A stretch of 64,000 bases of DNA from Eledone cirrhosa (taxonomy: Eukaryota), in the NCBI GenBank assembly GCA_964016885.1, contig OZ024753.1:20460001-20524000 (forward strand). The letters run 5' to 3'. Of the stretch, positions 1-12,599 are shown in pieces. The stretch's first letter is position 1, and each line of letters starts with the position of its first letter. A program made the translations under genes and the position numbers. The notes beneath the pieces were generated by a model. The model did no database searches and was not told the DNA's origin. It was given only the letters and a program-made list of their open reading frames with translations.

Positions 1-3000
1 CTGGGGAGTTGGGAAGGATCTGTGTGTGTTGTGATACAGTATAGTGTCTGGGGTGTTGGGAAGGATCTGTGTGTGTTGTGATACAGTGTAGTGTCTGGGG
101 AGTTGGGATGGATCTGTGTGTGTTGTGATACAGTGTAGTGTCTGGGGAGTTGGGAAGGATCTGTGTGTGTTGTGATACAGTGTAGTGTCTGGGGTGTTGG
201 GAAGGATCTGTGTGTGTTGTGATACAGTGTAGTGTCTGGGGTGTTGGGAAGGATCTGTGTGTGTTGTGATACAGTATAGTGTCTGGGGTGTTGGGAAGGA
301 TCTGTGTGTGTTGTGATACAGTGTAGTGTCTGATGAGTTGGGAAGGATCTGTGTGTGTTGTGATACAGTGTGTTGTCTGGGGTGTTGGGAAGGATCTGTG
401 TGTGTTGTGATACAGTATAGTGTCTGGGAAGTTGGGAAGGATCTGTGTGTGTTGTGATACAGTATAGTGTCTGGGGAGTTGGGAAGGATCTGTGTGTGTT
501 GTGATACAGTATAGTGTCTGGGGTGTTGGGAAGGATCTGTGTGTGTTGTGATACAGTGTAGTGTCTGGGGTGTTGGGAAGGATCTGTGTGTGTTGTGATA
601 CAGTGTAGTGTCTGGGGTGTTGGGAAGGATCTGTGTGTGTTGTGATACAGTATAGTGTCTGGGGAGTTGGGAAGGATCTGTGTGTGTTGGGATACAGTAT
701 AGTGTCTGGGGTGTTGGGAAGGATCTGTGTGTGTTGTGATACAGTGTAGTGTCTGGGGAGTTGGGAAGGATCTGTGTGTGTTGTGATACAGTATAGTGTC
801 TTGGGTGTTGGGAAGGATCTGTGTGTGTTGTGATACAGTGTAGTGTCTGGGGAGTTGGGGAGGATCTGTGTGTGTTGTGATACAGTGTAGTGTCTGGGGA
901 GTTGGGAAGGATCTGTGTGTGTTGTGATACAGTATAGTGTCTGGGGTGTTGGGAAGGATCTGTGTGTGTTGTGATACAGTGTAGTGTCTGGGGTGTTGGG
1001 AAGGATCTGTGTGTGTTGTGATACAGTATAGTGTCTGGGGAGTTGGGAAGGATCTGTGTGTGTTCTGATACAGTATAGTGTCTGGGGTGTTGGGAAGGAT
1101 CTGTGTGTGTTGTGATACAGTGTAGTGTCTGGGGATTTGGGAAGGATCTGTGTGTGTTGTGATACAGTGTAGTGTCTAGGGAGTTGGGAAGGATCTGTGT
1201 GTGTTGTGATACAGTATAGTGTCTGGGGAGTTGGGAAGGATCTGTGTGCGTTGTGATACAGTATAGTGTCTGGGGTGTTGGGAAGGATCTGTGTGTGTTG
1301 TGATACAGTGTAGTGTCTGGGGTGTTGGGAAGGATCTGTGTGTGTTGTGATACAGTATAGTGTCTGGGGTGTTGGGAAGGATCTGTGTGTGTTGTGATAC
1401 AGTGTAGTGTCTGGGGTGTTGGGAAGGATCTGTGTGTGTTGTGATACAGTATAGTGTCTGGGGAGTTGGGAAGGATCTGTGTGTGTTGTGATACAGTGTA
1501 GTGTCTGGGGTGTTGGGAAGGATCTGTGTGTGTTGTGATACAGTATAGTGTCTGGGGTGTTGGGAAGGATCTGTGTGTGTTGTGATACAGTGTAGTGTCT
1601 GGGGTGTTGGGAAGGATCTGTGTGTGTTGTGATACAGTATAGTGTCTGGGGAGTTGGGAAGGATCTGTGTGCGTTGTGATACAGTATAGTGTCTGGGGTG
1701 TTGGGAAGGATCTGTGTGTGTTGTGATACAGTGTAGTGTCTGGGGTGTTGGGAAGGATCTGTGTGTGTTGTGATACAGTGTAGTGTCTGGGGTGTTGGGA
1801 AGGATCTGTGTGTGTTGTGATACAGTATAGTGTCTGGGGAGTTGGGAAGGATCTGTGTGTGTTGTGATACAGTATAGTGTCTTGGGTGTTGGGAAGGATC
1901 TGTGTGTGTTGTGATACAGTGTAGTGTCTGGGGAGTTGGGAAGGATATGTGTGTGTTGTGATACAGTGTAGTGTCTGGGGAGTTGGGAAGGATCTGTGTG
2001 TGGTGTGATACAGTGTAGTGTCTGCAGAGTTGGGAAGGATCTGTGTGTGTTGTGATACAGTGTAGTCTCTGGGGAGTTGGGAAGGATCTGTGTGTGTTGT
2101 GATACAGTGTAGTGTCTGGGGAGTTGGGAAGGATCTGTGTGTGTTGTGATACAGTATAGTGTCTGGGGTGTTGGGAAGGATCTGTGTGTGTTGTGATACA
2201 GTATAGTGTCTGGGGAGTTGGGAAGGATCTGTGTGTGTTGTGATATAGTATAGTGTCTGGGGTGTTGGAAGGATCTGTGTGTGTTGTGATACAGTGTAGT
2301 GTCTGGGGAGTTGGGAAGGATCTGTGTGTGTTGTGATACAGTATAGTGTCTGGTGTGTTGGGAAGGATCTGTGTGTGTTGTGATACAGTGTAGTGTCTGG
2401 GGTGTTGGGAAGGATATGTGTGTGTTGTGATACAGTGTAGTGTCTGGGGTGTTGGGAAGGATCTGTGTGTGTTGTGATACAGTATAGTGTCTGGGGAGTT
2501 GGGAAGGATCTGTGTGTGTTGTGATACAGTATAGTGTCTGGGGAGTTGGGAAGGATCTGTGTGTGTTGTGATACAGTATAGTGTCTGGAGTGTTGGGAAG
2601 GATCTGTGTGTGTTGTGATACAGTGTAGTGTCTGGGGAGTTGGGATGGATCTGTGTGTGTTGTGATACAGTATAGTGTCTGGGGAGTTGGGAAGGATCTG
2701 TGTGTGTTGTGATACAGTATAGTGTCTGGGGAGTTGGGAAGGATCTGTGTGTGTTGTGATACAGTATAGTGTCTGGGGTGTTGGGAAGGATCTGTGTGTG
2801 TTGTGATACAGTGTAGTGTCTGGGGAGTTGGGATGGATCTGTGTGTGTTGTGATACAGTGTAGTGTCTGGGGAGTTGGGAAGGATCTGTGTGTGTTGTGA
2901 TACAGTGTAGTGTCTGGGGAGTTGGGAAGGATCTGTGTGTGTTGTGATACAGTGTAGTGTCTGGGGAGTTGGGAAGGATCTGTGTGTGTTGTGATACAGT

Positions 3001-6000
3001 ATAGTGTCTGGGGTGTTGGGAAGGATCTGTGTGTGTTGTGATACAGTGTAGTGTCTGGGGTGTTGGGAAGGATCTGTGTGTGTTGTGATACAGTATAGTG
3101 TCTGGGGAGTTGGGAAGGATCTGTGTGTGTTGTGATACAGTATAGTGTCTGGGGTGTTGGGAAGGATCTGTGTGTGTTGTGATACAGTGTAGTGTCTGGG
3201 GAGTTGGGAAGGATCTGTGTGTGTTGTGATACAGTGTAGTGCCTAGGGAGTTGGGAAGGATCTGTGTGTGTTGTGATACAGTATAGTGTCTGGGGAGTTG
3301 GGAAGGATTTGTGTGTGTTGTGATACAGTATAGTGTCTGGGGTTTTGGGAAGGATCTGTGTGTGTTGTGATAGAGTGTAGTGTCTGGGGTGTTGGGAAGG
3401 ATCTGTGTGTGTTGTGATACAGTGTAGTGTCTGGGGTGTTGGGAAGAATCTGTGTGTGTTGTGATACAGTATAGTGTCTGGGGAGTTGGGAAGGATCTGT
3501 GTGTGTTGTGATACAGTATAGTGTCTTGGGTGTTGGGAAGGATCTGTGTGTGTTGTGATACAGTGTAGTGTCTGGGGAGTTGGGGAGGATCTGTGTGTGT
3601 TGTGATACAGTGTAGTGTCTGGGGTGTTGGGAAGGATCTGTGTGTGTTGTGATACAGTGTAGTGTCTGGGGTGTTGGGAAGGATCTGTGTGTGTTGTGAT
3701 ACAGTGTAGTGTCTGGGGTGTTGGGAAGGATCTGTGTGTGTTGTGATACAGTATAGTGTCTGGGGAGTTGGGAAGGATCTGTGTGTGTTGTGATACAGTA
3801 TAGTGTCTTGGGTGTTGGGAAGGATCTGTGTGTGTTGTGATACAGTGTAGTGTCTGGGGAGTTGGGAAGGATCTGTGTGTGTTGTGATACAGTATAGTGT
3901 CTGGGGAGTTGGGAAGGATATGTGTGTGTTGTGATACAGTATAGTGTCTGGGGAGTTGGGAAGGATCTGTGTGTGTTGTGATACAGTGTAGTGTCTGGGG
4001 TGTTGGGAAGGATCTGTGTGTGTTGTGATACAGTATAGTGTCTGGGGAGTTGGGAAGGATCTGTGTGTGTTGTGATACAGTATAGTGTCTGGGGAGTTGG
4101 GAAGGATATGTGTGTGTTGTGATACAGTATAGTGTCTGGGGAGTTGGGAAGGATCTGTGTGTGTTGTGATACAGTGTAGTGTCTGGGGTGTTGGGAAGGA
4201 TCTGTGTGTGTTGTGATACAGTGTAGTGTCTGGGGAGTTGGGAAGGATCTGTGTGTGTTGTGATACAGTATAGTGTCTGGGGTGTTGGGAAGGATCTGTG
4301 TGTGTTGTGATACAGTATAGTGTCTGGGGTGTTGGGAAGGATCTGTGTGTGTTGTGATACAGTGTAGTGTCTGATGAGTTGGGAAGGATCTGTGTGTGTT
4401 GTGATACAGTGTGTTGTCTGGGGTGTTGGGAAGGATCTGTGTGTGTTGTGATACAGTATAGTGTCTGGGAAGTTGGGAAGGATCTGTGTGTGTTGTGATA
4501 GAGTATAGTGTCTGGGGAGTTGGGAAGGATCTGTGTGTGTTGTGATACAGTATAGTGTCTGGGGTGTTGGGAAGGATCTGTGTGTGTTGTGATACAGTGT
4601 AGTGTCTGGGGTGTTGGGAAGGATCTGTGTGTGTTGTGATACAGTGTAGTGTCTGGGGTGTTGGGAAGGATCTGTGTGTGTTGTGATACAGTATAGTGTC
4701 TGGGGAGTTGGGAAGGATCTGTGTGTGTTGGGATACAGTATAGTGTCTGGGGTGTTGGGAAGGATCTGTGTGTGTTGTGATACAGTGTAGTGTCTGGGGA
4801 GTTGGGAAGGATCTGTGTGTGTGTTGTGATACAGTGTAGTGTTTGGGATGTTGGGAAGGATCTGTGTGTGTTGTGATACAGTATAGTGTCTGGTGTGTTG
4901 GGAAGGATCTGTGTGTGTTGTGATACAGTGTAGTGTCTGGGGTGTTGGGAAGGATGTGTGTGTGTTGTGATACAGTATAGTGTCTGGGGAGTTGGGAAGG
5001 ATCTGTGTGTGTTGTGATACAGTATAGTGTCTGGGGAGTTGGGAAGGATCTGTGTGTGTTGTGATACAGTATAGTGTCTGGGGTGTTGGGAAGGATCTGT
5101 GTGTGTTGTGATACAGTGTAGTGTCTGGGGAGTTGGGATGGATCTGTGTGTGTGTTGTGATACAGTGTAGTGTCTGGGGAGTTGGGAAGGATCTGTGTGT
5201 GTTGTGATACAGTGTAGTGTCTGGGGAGTTGGGAAGGATCTGTGTGTGTTGTGATACAGTGTAGTGTCTGGGGAGTTGGGAAGGATCTGTGTGTGTTGTG
5301 ATACAGTATAGTGTCTGGGGTGTTGGGAAGGATCTGTGTGTGTTGTGATACAGTGTAGTGTCTGGGGTGTTGGGAAGGATCTGTGTGTGTTGTGATACAG
5401 TATAGTGTCTGGAGAGTTGGGAAGGATCTGTGTGTGTTGTGATACAGTATAGTGTCTGGGGTGTTGGGAAGGATCTGTGTGTGTTGTGATACAGTGTAGT
5501 GTCTGGGTAGTTGGGAAGGATCTGTATGTGTTGTGATACAGTGTAGTGCCTAGGGAGTTGGGAAGGATCTGTGTGTGTTGTCATACAGTATAGTGTCTGG
5601 GGTGTTGGGAAGGATCTGTGTGTGTTGTGATACAGTGTAGTGTCTGGGGTGTTGGGAAGGATCTGTGTGTGTTGTGATACAGTATAGTGTCTGGGGTGTT
5701 GGGAAGGATCTGTGTGTGTTGTGATACAGTGTAGTGTCTGATGAGTTGGGAAGGATCTGTGTGTGTTGTGATACAGTGTGTTGTCTGGGGTGTTGGGAAG
5801 GATCTGTGTGTGTTGTGATACAGTATAGTGTCTGGGGAGTTGGGAAGGATCTGTGTGTGTTGTGATACAGTATAGTGTCTGGGGAGTTGGGAAGGATCTG
5901 TGTGCGTTGTGATACAGTATAGTGTCTGGGGTGTTGGGAAGGATCTGTGTGTGTTGTGATACAGTGTAGTGTCTGGGGTGTTGGGAAGGATCTGTGTGTG

Positions 6001-8086
6001 TTGTGATACAGTGTAGTGTCTGGGGTGTTGGGAAGGATCTGTGTGTGTTGTGATACAGTATAGTGTCTGGGGAGTTGGGAAGGATCTGTGTGTGTTGTGA
6101 TACAGTATAGTGTCTTGGGTGTTGGGAAGGATCTGTGTGTGTTGTGATACAGTGTAGTGTCTGGGGAGTTGGGAAGGATATGTGTGTGTTGTGATACAGT
6201 GTAGTGTCTGGGGAGTTGGGAAGGATCTGTGTGTGGTGTGATACAGTGTAGTGTCTGGAGAGTTGGGAAGGATCTGTGTGTGTTGTGATACAGTGTAGTC
6301 TCTGGGGAGTTGGGAAGGATCTGTGTGTGTTGTGATACAGTGTAGTGTCTGGGGAGTTGGGAAGCATCTGTGTGTGTTGTGATACAGTGTAGTGTCTGGG
6401 GAGTTGGGAAGGATCTGTGTGTGTTGTGATACAGTATAGTATCTGGGGAGTTGGGAAGGATCTGTGTGTGTTGTGATACAGTGTAGTGTCTGGGGAGTTG
6501 GGAAGGATCTGTGTGTGTTGTGATACAGTATAGTGTCTGGGGTGTTGGGAAGGATCTGTGTGTGTTGTGATACAGTATAGTGTCTGGGGAGTTGGGAAGG
6601 ATCTGTGTGTGTTGTGATACAGTATAGTGTCTGGGGTGTTGGAAGGATCTGTGTGTGTTGTGATACAGTGTAGTGTCTGGGGAGTTGGGAAGGATCTGTG
6701 TGTGTTGTGATACAGTATAGTGTCTGGTGTGTTGGGAAGGATCTGTGTGTGTTGTGATACAGTGTAGTGTCTGGGGTGTTGGGAAGGATCTGTGTGTGTT
6801 GTGATACAGTGTAGTGTCTGGGGTGTTGGGAAGGATCTGTGTGTGTTGTGATACAGTATAGTGTCTGGGGAGTTGGGAAGGATCTGTGTGTGTTGTGATA
6901 CAGTATAGTGTCTGGGGAGTTGGGAAGGATCTGTGTGTGTTGTGATACAGTATAGTGTCTGGGGTGTTGGGAAGGATCTGTGTGTGTTGTGATACAGTGT
7001 AGTGTCTGGGGAGTTGGGATGGATCTGTGTGTGTTGTGATACAGTGTAGTGTCTGGGGAGTTGGGAAGGATCTGTGTGTGTTGTGATACAGTGTAGTGTC
7101 TGGGGAGTTGGGAAGGATCTGTGTGTGTTGTGATACAGTGTAGTGTCTGGGGAGTTGGGAAGGATCTGTGTGTGTTGTGATACAGTATAGTGTCTGGGGT
7201 GTTGGGAAGGATCTGTGTGTGTTGTGATACAGTGTAGTGTCTGGGGTGTTGGGAAGGATCTGTGTGTGTTGTGATACAGTATAGTGTCTGGGGAGTTGGG
7301 AAGGATCTGTGTGTTTTGTGATACAGTATAGTGTCTGGGGTGTTGGGAAGGATCTGTGTGTGTTGTGATACAGTGTAGTGTCTGGGGAGTTGGGAAGGAT
7401 CTGTGTGTGTTGTGATACAGTGTAGTGCCTAGGGAGTTGGGAAGGATCTGTGTGTGTTGTGATACAGTATAGTGTCTGGGGAGTTGGGAAGGATTTGTGT
7501 GTGTTGTGATACAGTATAGTGTCTGGGGTTTTGGGAAGGATCTGTGTGTGTTGTGATAGAGTGTAGTGTCTGGGGTGTTGGGAAGGATCTGTGTGTGTTG
7601 TGATACAGTGTAGTGTCTGGGGTGTTGGGAAGAATCTGTGTGTGTTGTGATACAGTATAGTGTCTGGGGAGTTGGGAAGGATCTGTGTGTGTTGTGATAC
7701 AGTATAGTGTCTTGGGTGTTGGGAAGGATCTGTGTGTGTTGTGATACAGTGTAGTGTCTGGGGAGTTGGGGAGGATCTGTGTGTGTTGTGATACAGTGTA
7801 GTGTCTGGGGAGTTGGGAAGGATCTGTGTGTGGTGTGATACAGTGTAGTGTCTGGAGAGTTGGGAAGGATCTGTGTGTGTTGTGATACAGTGTAGTGTCT
7901 GGGGAGTTGGGAAGGATCTGTGTGTGTTGTGATACAGTATAGTGTCTGGGGAGTTGGGAAGGATATGTGTGTGTTGTGATACAGTATAGTGTCTGGGGAG
8001 TTGGGAAGGATCTGTGTGTGTTGTGATACAGTATAGTGTCTGGGGTGTTGGGAAGGATCTGTGTGTGTTGTGATACAGTGTAGTGT

Positions 8087-10440
8087 CTGATGAGTTGGGA
8101 AGGATCTGTGTGTGTTGTGATACAGTGTGTTGTCTGGGGTGTTGGGAAGGATCTGTGTGTGTTGTGATACAGTATAGTGTCTGGGAAGTTGGGAAGGATC
8201 TGTGTGTGTTGTGATACAGTATAGTGTCTGGGGAGTTGGGAAGGATCTGTGTGTGTTGTGATACAGTATAGTGTCTGGGGTGTTGGGAAGGATCTGTGTG
8301 TGTTGTGATACAGTGTAGTGTCTGGGGTGTTGGGAAGGATCTGTGTGTGTTGTGATAGAGTGTAGTGTCTGGGGTGTTGGGAAGGATCTGTGTGTGTTGT
8401 GATACAGTATAGTGTCTGGGGAGTTGGGAAGGATCTGTGTGTGTTGGGATACAGTATAGTGTCTGGGGTGTTGGGAAGGATCTGTGTGTGTTGTGATACA
8501 GTGTAGTGTCTGGGGAGTTGGGAAGGATCTGTGTGTGTGTTGTGATACAGTGTAGTGTTTGGGGAGTTGGGAAGGATCTGTGTGTGTTGTGATACAGTGT
8601 AGTGTCTGGGGAGTTGGGAAGGGTCTGTGTGTGTTGTGATACAGTGTAGTGTCTGGGGAGTTGGGAAGGATCTGTGTGTGTTGTGATACAGTATAGTGTC
8701 TGGGGTGTTGGGAAGGATCTGTGTGTGTTGTGATGCAGTGTAGTGTCTGGGGAGTTGGGAAGGATCTGTGTGTGTTGTGATACAGTGTAGTGTCTGGGGA
8801 GTTGGGAAGGATCTGTGTGTGTTGTGATACAGTGTAGTGTCTGGGGAGTTGGGAAGGATCTGTGTGTGTTGTGATACAGTGTAGTGACTGGGGAGTTGGG
8901 AAGGATCTGTGTGTGTTGTGATACAGTATAGTGTCTGGGGTGTTGGGAAGGATATGTGTGTGTTGTGATACAGTGTAGTGTCTGGGGTGTTGGGAAGGAT
9001 CTATGTGTGTTGTGATACAGTATAGTGTCTGGGGAGTTGGGAAGGATCTGTGTGTTTTGTGATACAGTATAGTGTCTGGTGTGTTGGGAAGGATCTGTGT
9101 GTGTTGTGATACAGTGTAGTGTCTGGGGAGTTGGGAAGGATCTGTGTGTGTTGTGATACAGTGTAGTGTCTGGGGAGTTGGGAAGGATCTGTGTGTGTTG
9201 TGATACAGTGTAGTGTCTGGGGAGTTGGGAAGTATCTGTGTGTGTTGTGATACAGTGTAGTGACTGGGGAGTTGGGAAGGATCTGTGTGTGTTGTGATAC
9301 AGTATAGTGTCTGGGGTGTTGGGAAGGATCTGTGTGTGTTGTGATACAGTGTAGTGTCTGATGAGTTGGGAAGGATCTGTGTGTGTTGTGATACAGTGTG
9401 TTGTCTGGGGTGTTGGGAAGGATCTGTGTGTGTTGTGATACAGTATAGTGTCTGGGAAGTTGGGAAGGATCTGTGTGTGTTGTGATACAGTATAGTGTCT
9501 GGGGAGTTGGGAAGGATCTGTGTGTGTTGTGATACAGTATAGTGTCTGGGGTGTTGGGAAGGATCTGTGTGTGTTGTGATACAGTGTAGTGTCTGGGGTG
9601 TTGGGAAGGATCTGTGTGTGTTGTGATACAGTGTAGTGTCTGGGGTGTTGGGAAGGATCTGTGTGTGTTGTGATACAGTATAGTGTCTGGGGAGTTGGGA
9701 AGGATCTGTGTGTGTTGGGATACAGTATAGTGTCTGGGGTGTTGGGAAGGATCTGTGTGTGTTGTGATACAGTGTAGTGTCTGGGGAGTTGGGAAGGATC
9801 TGTGTGTGTGTTGTGATACAGTGTAGTGTTTGGGGAGTTGGGAAGGATCTGTGTGTGTTGTGATACAGTGTAGTGTCTGGGGAGTTGGGAAGGGTCTGTG
9901 TGTGTTGTGATACAGTGTAGTGTCTGGGGAGTTGGGAAGGATCTGTGTGTGTTGTGATACAGTATAGTGTCTGGGGTGTTGGGAAGGATCTGTGTGTGTT
10001 GTGATGCAGTGTAGTGTCTGGGGAGTTGGGAAGGATCTGTGTGTGTTGTGATACAGTGTAGTGTCTGGGGAGTTGGGAAGGATCTGTGTGTGTTGTGATA
10101 CAGTGTAGTGTCTGGGGAGTTGGGAAGGATCTGTGTGTGTTGTGATACAGTGTAGTGACTGGGGAGTTGGGAAGGATCTGTGTGTGTTGTGATACAGTAT
10201 AGTGTCTGGGGTGTTGGGAAGGATATGTGTGTGTTGTGATACAGTGTAGTGTCTGGGGTGTTGGGAAGGATCTATGTGTGTTGTGATACAGTATAGTGTC
10301 TGGGGAGTTGGGAAGGATCTGTGTGTTTTGTGATACAGTATAGTGTCTGGTGTGTTGGGAAGGATCTGTGTGTGTTGTGATACAGTGTAGTGTCTGGGGA
10401 GTTGGGAAGGATCTGTGTGTGTTGTGATACAGTGTAGTGT
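8087..10440 (+). repeat. Tandem multi-monomer duplication, offset 1271 bp (27 monomers + 2 bp)
   Basis: The same ordered rare variants recur 1271 bp apart: CTGATGAG (8087/9358), a 49-bp monomer followed by GTTTGGGG, AAGGGTCT, GATGCAG, GTGACTG, GATCTATG and TGTGTTTTGT. Confidence 0.85.
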
Positions 10441-12599
10441 CTAGGGAGTTGGGAAGGATCTGTGTGTGTTGTGATACAGTATAGTGTCTGGGGAGTTGGG
10501 AAGGATCTGTGTGTGTTGTGATACAGTATAGTGTCTGGTGTGTTGGGAAGGATCTGTGTGTATTGTGATACAGTGTAGTGTCTGGGGTGTTGGGAAGGAT
10601 CTGTGTGTGTTGTGATACAGTGTAGTGTCTGGGGTGTTGGGAAGGATCTGTGTGTGTTGTGATACAGTATAGTGTCTGGGGAGTTGGGAAGGATCTGTGT
10701 GTGTTGTGATACAGTATAGTGTCTGGGGTGTTGGGAAGGATCTGTGTGTGTTGTGATACAGTGTAGTGTCTGGGGAGTTGGGAAGGATCTGTGTGTGTTG
10801 TGATACAGTGTAGTGTCTAGGGAGTTGGGAAGGATCTGTGTGTGTTGTGATACAGTGTAGTTGCTGGGGAGTTGGGAAGGATCTGTGTGTGTTGTGATAC
10901 AGTATAGTGTCTGGGGAGTTGGGAAGGATCTGTGTGTGTTGTGATACATTTTAGTGTCTGGGGTGTTGGGAAGGATCTGTGTGTGTTGTGATACAGTGTA
11001 GTGTCTGGGGAGTTGGGAAGGATCTGTGTGTGTTGTGATACAGTGTAGTGTCTGGGGAGTTGGGAAGGATCTGTGTGTGTTGTGATACAGTGTAGTGTCT
11101 GGGGAGTTGGGAAGTATCTGTGTGTGTTGTGATACAGTGTAGTGACTGGGGAGTTGGGAAGGATCTGTGTGTGTTGTGATACAGTATAGTGTCTGGGGTG
11201 TTGGGAAGGATCTGTGTGTGTTGTGATACAGTGTAGTGTCTGGGGTGTTGGGAAGGATCTGTGTGTGTTGTGATACAGTATAGTGTCTGGGGAGTTGGGA
11301 AGGATCTGTGTGTGTTCTGATACAGTATAGTGTCTGGGGTGTTGGGAAGGATCTGTGTGTGTTGTGATACAGTGTAGTGTCTGGGGATTTGGGAAGGATC
11401 TGTGTGTGTTGTGATACAGTGTAGTGTCTAGGGAGTTGGGAAGGATCTGTGTGTGTTGTGATACAGTATAGTGTCTGGGGAGTTGGGAAGGATCTGTGTG
11501 CGTTGTGATACAGTATAGTGTCTGGGGTGTTGGGAAGGATCTGTGTGTGTTGTGATACAGTGTAGTGTCTGGGGTGTTGGGAAGGATCTGTGTGTGTTGT
11601 GATACAGTATAGTGTCTGGGGAGTTGGGAAGGATATGTGTGTGTTGTGATACAGTATAGTGTCTTGGGTGTTGGGAAGGATCTGTGTGTGTTGTGATACA
11701 GTGTAGTGTCTGGGGAGTTGGGAAGGATCTGTGTGTGTTGTGATACAGTGTAGTGACTGGGGAGTTGGGAAGGATCTGTGTGTGTTGTGATACAGTATAG
11801 TGTCTGGGGTGTTGGGAAGGATATGTGTGTGTTGTGATACAGTGTAGTGTCTGGGGAGTTGGGAAGGATCTGTGTGTGTTGTGATACAGTGTAGTGTCTA
11901 GGGAGTTGGGAAGGATCTGTGTGTGTTGTGATACAGTATAGTGTCTGGGGAGTTGGGAAGGATCTGTGTGTGTTGTGATACAGTATAGTGTCTGGTGTGT
12001 TGGGAAGGATCTGTGTGTGTTGTGATACAGTGTAGTGTCTGGGGTGTTGGGAAGGATCTGTGTGTGTTGTGATACAGTGTAGTGTCTGGGGTGTTGGGAA
12101 GGATCTGTGTGTGTTGTGATACAGTATAGTGTCTGGGGAGTTGGGAAGGATCTGTGTGTGTTGTAATACAGTATAGTGTCTGGGGTGTTGGGAAGGATCT
12201 GTGTGTGTTGTGATACAGTGTAGTGTCTGGGGAGTTGGGAAGGATCTGTGTGTGTTGTGATACAGTGTAGTGTCTGGGAAGTTGGGAAGGATTTGTGTGT
12301 GTTGTGATACAGTGTAGTGTCTGGGGAGTTGGGAAGGATCTGTGTGTGTTGTGATACAGTATAGTGTCTGGGGAGTTGGGAAGGATCTGTGTGTGTTGTG
12401 ATCCAGTATAGTGTCTGGGGAGTTGGGAAGGATCTGTGTGTGTTGTGATACAGTATAGTGTCTGGGGAGTTGGGAAGGATCTGTGTGTGTTGTGATACAG
12501 TATAGTGTCTTGGGTGTTGGGAAGGATCTGTGTGTGTTGTGATACAGTGTAGTGTCTAGGGAGTTGGGAAGGATATGTGTGTGTTGTGATACAGTGTAG

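Noticed and set aside
33-48. Per-monomer hairpin GATAC-N6-GTGTC (perfect in the GTATC variant) as a structured RNA or terminator
   Set aside because: The stem is only 5 bp with a wobble pair, there is no U-tract and I see no covariation. It is too weak to call.
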